DNA of 62,771 bases, filler included, from Chrysochromulina tobinii (lineage: Eukaryota), in assembly GCA_001275005.1 (NCBI GenBank). It is 7 parts of 7 records of this genome, joined end to end, with 100 filler letters (N's around TTAATTAATTAA, not from the genome) between each part and the next. Parts side by side here need not be neighbours in the genome. Positions count along the whole stretch, not along the records: positions 22,088 to 39,557 come from JWZX01000987.1; 6 more parts are not named here. One strand, written 5' to 3'. The notes beneath the pieces were generated by a model, which saw only the letters and a list, made by a program, of their open reading frames with translations, ran no database searches and had not been told where the DNA came from. The position numbers and the translations under genes are program-made. Below, piece by piece: positions 23,299 through 32,918 of the stretch (position 1 is its first letter; the number at the start of each line of letters is the position of its first letter).

Positions 23299-26076
23299 CT
23301 AGTCGTCCACGTCGCACAGCCCGGGCAGCCGTACGCCGTCCGGTGGCGTGAGCTGTAGCGCGCCGCTGCGGCCGATCCACATGTACGGCACGACGTGCTG
23401 CGCAAACCACTCGTGTGTGATCTTGCCGCTGCGCCTGTGGTCGTCCCAGTTGTCATTGGTGACCACATAACACTCGTGCCCGAGGCGTAGCTGCAGCTTA
23501 GCCCACACGATCTGCGCATCGTCGTCGTCGCGCCGCGGCGGTGTGAAGGTTATGTAGTGCTGTGAAGCATCGAGTCGCTCGGGGGGGCGCCGTGGTGAGC
23601 GCGTGCACACAAGGCAGATCATCAGTGGCAATCAACGTACCTGCCAAGCGTCGAGTCGCTCCGCGTTGAAGGCCTTGAGCGCGCCCGTGCGCCCGCCGTC
23701 GCGCACCCACTCGACGAGGAAGGCCATCGGCAAGTATTCGACCCCCGCCGCACGCGCCTCCTTCGAGTCGTTCGCCTTGAGGACGGCGGCAATGGCCGCA
23801 ATCACGCCGAGGGCGAGCAGAGGGGGCGACCTCTCGCCCGCGCGCGCGCGTACTTCGTCAAAGGCGAGGCGCTTCGGGTTCGTCAAATCCTCGAACTCGG
23901 GGTCAACGGTGCTTCGGTTGCGTCCGACATTCATGCCGTCGATGACCACGACGATCGTGCGCCTCGAAGGCCGCGCTGTCCCCGCTTGGGCGCGTTCGTT
24001 CACGACGGGCGTCGCCGCCGTCGTCGCCGCAGCAGGCGGCACCGCCGCGCGGTGGCTAGTAATCCGTTGCACCTCCTCTTGATGCAACGAGCGCGCCAGC
24101 TCCTCGTCGCTGATCGTCATCCCGGCGGCGCCGGCATTCAAGTGCTCACCACGGCGCCGCTCCTCGTCGCTGATCGTCATCCCGGCGGCGCCGGCATTCA
24201 AGTGCTCACCACGGCGCCGCCCCTCGTCGCTGATCGTCGTCCCGGCGGCGCCGGCATGCAAGTGCTCACCACGGCGCCGCCCCTCGTCGCTGATCGTCAT
24301 CCCGGCGGCGCCGGTGGCGACGACGGATCCGCGACCGCCGCCGCGCCCGCCACCGCGGCCGCCATCGCTGCGACCACTGTGGCTGCCGCCAAGAGCGCCG
24401 CCACGAGCACCCCTTCCTTTGCCCGCGCCGCCAGGGGCAGCGGCTGCGGAGGGCGCGGGCGCAACCGCCGACCAATCGAAAGCCATGGTGGACGGCCCTG
24501 CGCTAGGGAGGGTGGACGGCCCGTGCATGCAAGTGCTCACCACGGCGCTAGGGAGGGTGGACGGCCCGTGCATGCAAGTGCTCACCACAGCGCCCTCGGC
24601 GCTAGGGAGGGTGGACGGCCCGTGGCTGCCCTTGCCGTGGAGCCGCGCATGCTGCCGTCTCTCGTCGGCGCCGTGGTGAGCACTTGCATGCTGCTGCCGT
24701 CTCTCCTCGTGCATCTGCGCCTGGAGCTCGAGCGCGGCATGCACGTGCTCACCACGGCGCCGCGCCTCGGCGATCTGCGCCTGGAGCTCGAGCGCCTCGC
24801 GCGCCTCAGCTGCTCTCGTGGCCGCCGCCGCCGCCGCCTCGGCTTTCGCCGCCGCCGCCGCCGCCGCTCTCGCGGTCCTCGCGGCCTCAGCCTCCTCTCT
24901 CGCTTGCACCTGCCGGCGCAGCTCCGCTGCCTCCTCGGCTTGGCGCGCATGCAAGTGCTCACCACGGCGCAGCTCCGCTGCCTCGTCGAGCTCTCGCGCC
25001 GCCGCCGCCTCAGCCCGCTGTGCCGCCTCCTTGATCGCCGCCTCCTCGGCTTGGCGCGCATGCAAGTGCTCACCACGGCGCAGTGCCGCCTCCTCGGCTT
25101 GGCGCGCGAGCTTGCGCACGTGCTCAGCGCGGCGCTCACTCTCGAGCGCCTCCGCACGCATGCGCTCGACCTCACGAAGCCGCACGAGCTCCTCCTGCTG
25201 GTACCGAAAGGCGAGCGCATCGGCCTCGCGCTGCTCGGCCTCGCGCCGCTGCGCATGCAAGTGCTCGGCTTCTCGCTGCTCGGCGTCGAAGAGAGCCTGC
25301 AGCCGGCGCGCCTCGCGCTCGTCTGCGTCGAGCGGCGGGTCGCTCTCCCACTGTGCATGCAAGTGCTCGGCTTCTCGTTGTAGCCGGCGCGCTTCGCGCT
25401 CGTCCAGGTCGAGCGACGGATCGCTCTCCCACTGCGCATGCAAGTGTTCGGCTCCTCGCTCGTCGGCGTCAAACGGCGGGTCGCTCCCCCACGAGTGCAG
25501 GTCTGGTACGGCCGGCGCTGCGGAGGAGGACGAGGCTGCCTGTGAAAAGGCACGAGATCCCACAGGCACGAGGCTCTGTGGGATCTGCGAGAGCGACGCA
25601 TGAGGCGCCATGGGCGGCGGCGTCGAGGACGCGTCACGCAGGGAGGCCTCGAGAGCGCGGCGCAGCTGCTCCTCTTCCTCCCACTCGGCCACCGGCCGCG
25701 GCGGCGAAGGAGGCCGCGCTTGGTTGAACTGCCGGAGCAGCGCCTCCTGCTGCGAGTACGGATCGAGCGTAGTCAGCGAGAGGCTCGCCGCGACTGCCTC
25801 CTGCTGCGAGTACTGGTCCAGCGTAGACAGCGTGAGGCTCTCGGCGATGGCCTGTGCGATATCGTCGCGGCCCGCAGCGTCCACCGATGGCTGGCGCTCG
25901 AGGCTCGCGAGCAAGGCCGCATTCAGATCGGCATCCTCATGCGCCTGCGCACCATCGACACGCGCGCGCGGAGGCTGCTCGGCGACGCTCGCTGCCAGTG
26001 CGCGGCGGAGATCTTCGTCCTCGTCGTTGTCGTCATCATCAACGTCGGCCGCGGTGTTATCAGAGCGAGTCCCCAT
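23299..26076 (-). CDS. UIM-containing protein with C-terminal Regnase/Zc3h12a-type NYN (PIN) ribonuclease domain
   Basis: UIMs: EDEDLRRALAASV, EDADLNAALLASL, DDIAQAIAESL, EEEQLRRALEASL. NYN motifs: VVIDGMNVG, TPPRRDDDD, YVVTNDNWDDH. GT-AG intron 23560-23640 joins the frames (WQ|HYITF). Confidence 0.8.
24104..24313. repeat. 60-bp coding tandem repeat, about 3.5 copies
   Basis: Encodes GAAGMTISDEGRRRGEHLHA on the minus strand. Confidence 0.9.
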
Positions 26077-26140
26077 TTTCAGGCGGGGGACCGTGAATGA
26101 AGATCGTGAATGCATGAAAACTTGACAAATCAGGGACAAC

Positions 26141-28354
26141 TCAGAGGAGGATCTCTCTCGGCGTATGCCTTGTGGTAGTACCCGCGGGAGTTGTGACGGT
26201 GTACATGAGGCTCCGCGACAAGAGCGCGCTGGGTGACATCCTGCCGCCGTCGCCACCGACGCCGGCCCCGTTCCTGTCGCTGCTGGGGCTGCTCCTGCCG
26301 TTCGCGGCGCCATGCTCGCTGCCGCCTGCGTCCGCCCCCGTCGACCAGCCGCCGCTCCTTTCATCGCCGCCCGTCTCGATGATCCACGCGTGATGTTCGG
26401 CGAGCCGTCTGGCTGGGTTCTCGAGCGGTTTGCTCCCCGTGATCCAGCGCCAGCATTGACGAAGCCCGCGCCACGAGCAGACCGACCAGAGCGCCTGGTA
26501 CCACGTCTGCTCGGACTCGAGCCCTTTTTGGACCACGTATGAGAGGCCCAAGGCGCCCATGGGTGCCCGCGGAGGCGCCGTCGTGGGCAACGCCGTCGGG
26601 CCAGCCGCGGCGCTTCGCGTCGTCGTGGGCATCGGCAGCTTCCTTGGCGGCACGATGGTGCCGAGGGCCCCGGCCGCCGGGTCGGTCTCCACAAGCAGAT
26701 CGTCAGGAGGCACGCCGTTTGGGTACAGGCGCGCCGTGTTGAGCAGCAGGGCGAGCTCGAGGTCGGCTAAGAAGGGCGGGAGGGCGAAGACCTCGAGCAG
26801 GTGGGGGGTCAGCCAAAGAGCCCACAGGAGTAGCGTCAAGAGTTTCGGCAACTCGCCTGAAGGCAGAGGCGATCGGAGGCGATCGGAGGCGATCAAGGCG
26901 ATCAGAGGCGATCGTGGCGGCACTCAGCAGGAGCCTAATTAGGTCACTCACAGGCCTAATTAGGTCACTCACGGAAGAAGAGGTCCCAAAATGGCAATCA
27001 GAGGCAATTAACGACACTCACGGAAGAAGAGGTCCCAAAATGGCCACGCGTTCACCGGATCGGTCAGGTACGCGCCCACTCGATAGAGCTGGCAGAGCAA
27101 GGCGACTTGCATGCAACGGCAGCCTACGGCCTGAGAAGGACGGCCGCACGGTCGGAAGCCGGTTACTCCCGGACCGATGAAGAGGAAGGTGAGCCGATCG
27201 ACGAAACCGTAAGGCCAGCCGTGGGCGAGCTTCACACCCTCACCGCGCATCGGCTTGCCTGATGAGGGAGACAACTTGCGGTCCGTCAAAGGCACTCATC
27301 GGCACTCATCGGCCATCATCAGCCATCATCAGCCATCATCAGCCATCATCAGCCATCATCAGCCATCATCAGGCGTGCCTTCGCGCCATCGGTCACGCTC
27401 CATCTTTCGCAAGATGAAGTTATGATAGATCAGCCGGTAGCTGAGGTAAACGCTCGTGCCGTACCAGAGCCAGTCGGCGAACAGCGTGAGCGAGCGCCAC
27501 GGCGCGCAGAAGAAGAGCGCGCCGCCGAGGGTGCCGAAATAGACCATCAAGATAGCCCAGGACGACGGCGTGAAGTCGGTCAGAGTCTTGAGCTGCGCGT
27601 GGTACACCTGGCTGAGGTAGTAGCTCACGTAGAGGCAGCTGCTCTCGACGGTTTTCTTGAGCGCCGTGTCGCGCTCGAGCTTGTCGCGCGACAGGGTACT
27701 GCATGCATCGAGAAGCTGCACTCGCATCGCGTCCAGCTGACGGGAGGCTAACGTCTCTGTGGGATTGCGTGGCTGGCCACCGGTCTCGAGCCGCTGGTAG
27801 ATGGCGAGCCACTGCTGCATCGCCTGCAGCGCGATCGCGATGAAGGCGAAGTAGAGGAACATGGCCACGAGCAGCGCGAAGATCACGTCGTTGAGGAGGT
27901 AGAGCAGCGTCTCCGCATCAGGCGGCATGCGCGGGTGGCATGAAAGTGATGTCTGCATCGGGATGGCGCTGGCGTTGGCGAGCGACGCCGGGGCATGGAC
28001 GTCTGAGATAGATAGATAGATCTCCACGCGAGGCCACCGGCGCGCGGTTTCCGCGAGGACGTCGAGCAGTCCCGTGCGCGTGGCTATCCAGCTCATAATC
28101 GGGAGCGTTGCGAGCACAGTCATCTCGCCTTGGAGCCGACTCCACACGAGAAACTTTAGCTGCACCTCGTTACTTGAAACGCCCGGCGCGGCCCCGTCCT
28201 TGGGCGGAGAGAGCAGGTGCGTAATCGATCGGCGCGCTGCATCGAGGAGCAGCACGAGGAAGACCACGCCGAGCAGCATGGTGAAGTGAGCCAGACCGTA
28301 CTCCTCCTCTGTGAGAGGCCACTTTGAGGTGGTGTAAGGTTCGGCCGCTGGCAT
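26141..28354 (-). CDS. MLO-like multi-pass membrane protein, spliced
   Basis: VVFLVLLLDAARRSITHLL..WSRLQGEMTVLATL, LLNDVIFAL, YYLSQ..LTDFTPSSW parallel MLO family helices; further hydrophobic exons at about 27020-27240 and 26141-26857. Confidence 0.5.
27292..27371. repeat. Intronic 10-bp tandem repeat (AGCCATCATC)n
   Basis: About 8 units seen directly. Confidence 0.9.
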
Positions 28355-29111
28355 CTAGCAACGTGTACCTTCGTCCGATGCGAGCTCCTCTTCGTCGGGA
28401 AGCAGACAGAAGGGAAGACAAGGGAGAGGAAGAGGAGGTCAAGAGCAGCCACAAGCGAGAAGTTTGTTGAAATCAAACTAAGTATGCTTCGTCAAAAACG
28501 GAAGGTCAAGCGACCTGTGTGGCGCGTCTTCCACGGTGTACAGCGAACCGGCGAATCACGGTGATCACATCACGTGTTATTCAGTGCATGCAACTCTGCC
28601 TGAACGATCATCGAGGGTTTCGAGGCCGAATAAAGGCACCTCCCTGACTTCTTGCTGGACCGGCTCCTGTTTGGGAGCACGGAGGTCTCTGAACGTCGCA
28701 AAAATGGCCGTCCTGTTTGACGCGCTTCATCATGCGGCGCTAGGCACGCCATTTTGCTCGACCCCCTTTCACACGCCGAACGGCGCAGTGAGTTACAAGT
28801 GCAGGCATCAGTTCGACCAAAGTCGAAAGTGCAGAGGTGGCAGACTGATTTGACTGAGGCCCGGAGCCCCACGCCGTCTCGCGTCTGATCTGCAGGACTG
28901 CATCATGAAACCACCGGCGCGGTGGAGATATGACATAAAATATCATAAATATGCGTGCACTACCAGTGTAACAGCGATGCATCTCTGATCACCACACTCT
29001 GGGAGACACTGTGAGTGTCAGCTCAGTGCTCAGGAGACACACGACGATGCTCGGACTGGTGACGTGAGAGCGTCAGCGTGCGTCGACGGGGAGCGCTTGC
29101 GCTTCGAACCT

Positions 29112-29753
29112 TCAATTGACCGCACCGGATTCAAAGTCGAAGACAAACCTATCGCTCACGAATGGTTCGAGGAAAGAACTAAACTCAGCGCGCTCGGCGC
29201 TTGAGAGGAACGCGCGGCGTTCGGCTGTGCCAGCAAACGACACGAGCATCCCCAATGAGTGGCCGCGCGACTCCTTCTCCGTCGATGAGGGACTGCTGCT
29301 AATGAGAGTTCCAAGCTCGACGGTGCGCACTGAGCTGAGAGAGTCGAGCGTGAGGAAGCGCGCGACGATCTCGTCCAAAGGCGCGCCCTCGGATAGCCGC
29401 ACGGACGTGAAATGGCGCAGCCGGCGCTCACGCGTTGGCGTTCCTGGGCTGGCGAAAGCAGCAGTGGAGGTGACGGAGCGCAAGCCGAGCAGCCAGCGCC
29501 GCAGCGAAGCATACACCTCCGCAGCGACAATGGCGATGAGCCACCATGGAGCCTCGCCATACGTCAGCACGGCGAGAACGGATGCCGACACAAAGAGCCA
29601 CCACATCGTTGCGGACCATGAACGGGCCTGCGATTCGACGTTCATCAACTCGTCCTCGTTCTCATCGGGCATGGCCACCCAGCCGGGCTGGTGGATGGCG
29701 TTAGCAGGTACGGGTTCGTAATTGGAAGACGGTGTACGCCGATGCCGCTGCAT
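29112..29753 (-). CDS. Membrane-anchored stress-responsive A/B barrel (Dabb) domain protein
   Basis: LRHFTSVRL..IVARFLTL..VELG..RGHSLGMLVSF..FLEPFVSDRFVFDF, preceded by hydrophobic helices. Confidence 0.7.
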   Translation of the reverse strand: MQRHRRTPSSNYEPVPANAIHQPGWVAMPDENEDELMNVESQARSWSATMWWLFVSASVLAVLTYGEAPWWLIAIVAAEVYASLRRWLLGLRSVTSTAAFASPGTPTRERRLRHFTSVRLSEGAPLDEIVARFLTLDSLSSVRTVELGTLISSSPSSTEKESRGHSLGMLVSFAGTAERRAFLSSAERAEFSSFLEPFVSDRFVFDFESGAVN

Positions 29754-29874
29754 TCGCAACAACCTCCGACGCTTTGTGTGATCGATGTGTGCCTCGCATT
29801 CGGCACGGGAAAATGACGAAACGCGTGCTTTTCGTGGCGCACTTTGACGACGCGACTGTATGTTGAACCCAATC

Positions 29875-31016
29875 CTACGACGCAACGCTAGCCCCCATGC
29901 CCCAATCACGGTAGACGTGCGCCCTTTCAAAGATGAGACGGGGTGCAAAGCGCCGCCGGAACGCCCGAATGCGGCGCGTGGCATCTGCAAGCGCCCCTGT
30001 GCCCATCGGTCCGAATGAGCTATAGCTGTGAACAAGGGCCTCATACGCCGTGGCGATAGCGCTCATGTTGTCATAGAAGCTGATGCCCAGGCCAGCAAAC
30101 TCGGCCTCGTCCTTGGGGTGTGAGCGTTCAGAGAGGACCAGCCGGCCGGCGAGTAGGGCTTTGGAGACCTGATGATGGAGGCAATCAGAGGCACTCAGAG
30201 GCCTCTCAGAGGCACTCAGTACGGATACCCTGAGCGTGATCGTGATAATGGAGGCAATCAGAGGCACTCTCTCAGAGGCACTTGAGAGGCACTCAGTACG
30301 GATACCCTGAACGTGATCGGGTTGTGCGAGTCGCCACATCCCTTGTGCAGATTGAGCCAGATGGCGTGCTCGCGCAAGAGGCGCTGGTAGCTCTCATCGT
30401 CCCAGGCACGGAACGTGTTGGTCAGCTTCTCGCCGACCAGCAGCCCCTGTAGCTCCTTGAAGCACGCATGCCGCGGAGGCCCGTCGCGCACGTTGCCAAA
30501 GAACAGGAGCGCTCCGGGACGCACCATCGGAAGTGGCACTCGCTCCGTTGGGAGAGCGTACATGCTCGCCGCGCCGAGAGGCACGTAGCGCAGCAGCGGA
30601 GCGGTAGGCGCGCTCGAGCACGCCTCGAGATTGTGCCAGGCGAAGTCCCACATCTCATCTACAGCATAACGGCCTACCCTACGTGATGCACACCGATGCT
30701 CAGGCTCACATTGGTAGAAGACGCGTCGGACTCCACGCTGGCCGAGCTCAGCCCACGGTGTGGCGGCATCGGCAAAGCCCCACCCGACCCATATGAGAGC
30801 GTCACCCGCGCGAAGCGTGGACAGATTGCCCTGATAGGCTGCGCTGTGCCTGCGGCGTACACCCTGACCGTAAACGACAACCGGCGGCTTCGAAACGCTA
30901 TGAAAGCCATCCATGAGGGTAGCGACAACCTGCTCGTACATGTACGCGTGCGCCGGCGTGTCCATGCTGTGCCAGATCATCACGAGTGAGGGCGGAGGCC
31001 ATGAATGGCCCGACAT
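29875..31016 (-). CDS. Putative GT-B glycosyltransferase-like protein, 2 exons
   Basis: VFYQCEP, DEMWDF, LLFFGN, IWLNLHK..ITFR|VSKALLAGRLVLSERS; intron about 30169-30306. Confidence 0.55.
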
Positions 31017-31161
31017 CGCGTTGTTTGTCCGAAGATGCCGTTGTTTGTCCGAAGATGCCGAGAGTCAAGACGGGCCGCCACCCTGTGCGCACAGCGCCGG
31101 TGGCCCCACGCGCGGAAAACAAGTCCTTTTTGGTTTTTAATATGGGCCCAGGGGGCGAGGG

Positions 31162-32094
31162 CTGGGGACCCGCTTTTCTTTTCGTCTCTCTATACATAAA
31201 CATGCACCCGGACCCGGACAGCGGAAACCGCGGACGCCACCTACGGACGCCTCCCACGCAGTTGGGCGGATCGGCGGGCGCAGGCCTGCGGCGCACCGCC
31301 GCGCCGACATCGGAGCGAGGCAGCAACCTCTGTGGGTTACGCACACGCACCAGGCGGGGAGGCGACGATGGCGGGGCGCGGCGCGTGGAGACTAGATGGC
31401 GGGGCGCGGCGCGTGGAGACAATGGCGCCATCGTCGCCTCCCCCGGTTCTGCTCGGACGCCGTCCCACATCGCCTTGCAATGCGCCGACGCTTCCTTGCC
31501 ACCGTGCCCGTCGGGGCGGCGTTGGAGACGCCGGCGGCATCAAACCTGCGTGCACCGACGCGCCCGATGGCGCGCGCCCCCGTGGGGAACGCAAAGACGC
31601 ACTCGACACCGTCGCATTACGACGGTGTCGAGCACAAGTGGTGGCTTCCATCGCCGCCGCCGCCGCCGCCGCCTCCGTGGGCGTCACGCCGAAGGCCGAG
31701 GCACCACATTCGGCGCTGATTGCGCCGCGCAACGCGCGGCGTCGGCGCCTTCGCCGCCGCACGTGCACAGCACGCGCGCGCGCTCCGCGCCATCGTGCTG
31801 CGGGCACGAGCTGGCCCGAGTTTGAGAGTCCGAGCGCAGCTCCTCCGTAGCGCGCGCGCGTCAAGGCGCGCGGCGAAAGGGGCGGGCAGGTTGATGGCAA
31901 ATGGAGAGATGGTTGGGAGCAACGCCGTCCTCCGACGCGCCTGGAGCCGGCCGCAGCGGGGCGCGGAGGCGCGCGCGCATGCGCGCGGTGCGCAAAAAAA
32001 AAGGTTGGAGGAGCACGAATTAAAGGGGGTCCGAGCCAGAACCCTGAAAGGCTGCTGCGCTCGCCTTTTTCAGGGTCCCCAGGATTTATTCTCT
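31162..32094. mobile_element. Dispersed hairpin-rich repeat, longer copy 2
   Basis: 31578-32090 matches 1-529. CTGGGGACCC (31162-31171) is the reverse complement of GGGTCCCCAG (32073-32082). Left boundary uncertain. Confidence 0.65.
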
Positions 32095-32102
32095 CTCTTC
32101 GC

Positions 32103-32630
32103 TCATCCAGCTCCAATCGCCAGCGCCCCGCTCACGCCGCCGCCTTTGAGCGCTGCGTACCGCGCCGCCTTCGCGTCCCGTTCAGCCTGTTCAGCTTTTT
32201 GGAGGGCCTCTACACGCAGGTCCCTGCCCTCGCGAAGTAGCAACGGGCACGAACTGACGCGCGGCGCGAAGTCGTAGTAGAAGGTGCGCGGCTCGTCCGG
32301 TCCGGACGCGGCGAAGTCGAGTTCGCTGATCGGCGTCGACGGGTCGCTGAGCTTGTTGGTCGGGTGCACCTCCTCCTTATAAAGGGTGAAGTCGGTCACG
32401 GTGCCACCATGCCTCTGCTCGATGAGGCTTTTGAGCTCGAAGACGCACATCGAGGCGGGCACGCGCACCGTGAAGTCCATCACGCGCCACACGACGCCTC
32501 GCACTTGCAACGTCAGGTGCGACACGATCGGCTTCCGAATCATCAGAGGCTCCTCGGGCACTGCTGTGGGTTGCCAGCCAGCTTTGCCTCCTTTCTCCTT
32601 TTTGCCGCCACCTTTGCCCTTCTTCCCCAT
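32103..32630 (-). CDS. Small ubiquitin-like-fold protein with Lys-rich N-terminus
   Basis: MGKKGKGGGKK..LTLQVRGVVWRVMDFTVRVPASMCVFELKSLIEQRHG..FYYDF..PLLL. Confidence 0.6.
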   Translation of the reverse strand: MGKKGKGGGKKEKGGKAGWQPTAVPEEPLMIRKPIVSHLTLQVRGVVWRVMDFTVRVPASMCVFELKSLIEQRHGGTVTDFTLYKEEVHPTNKLSDPSTPISELDFAASGPDEPRTFYYDFAPRVSSCPLLLREGRDLRVEALQKAEQAERDAKAARYAALKGGGVSGALAIGAG

Positions 32631-32918
32631 CGCAGATCGCGCCGGCGACTCCGCTTGGGGGCGCACGGGGGGGGCCTAGCAAGGTGGCCGGCGGCGGCAG
32701 TCCGTCTCGGTAAGAAAACGAACGAGAGAATGGGCGCCCACTAAGGCGCTTTTCTCAAAGATACCATCCAAGAGCCTACATGTAGCTCTTTTCTTTTCAC
32801 GCTGGATCCTTCCTCTTTCGGCAGTCTTTCGGCGGCGTCGAATGTTGTCGAACTTCTCACAGAGTTTGCGTCGGGATTGCACTTCGGGTTCCGTCCCCGC
32901 CGAGTGTAGTCGTACAAC

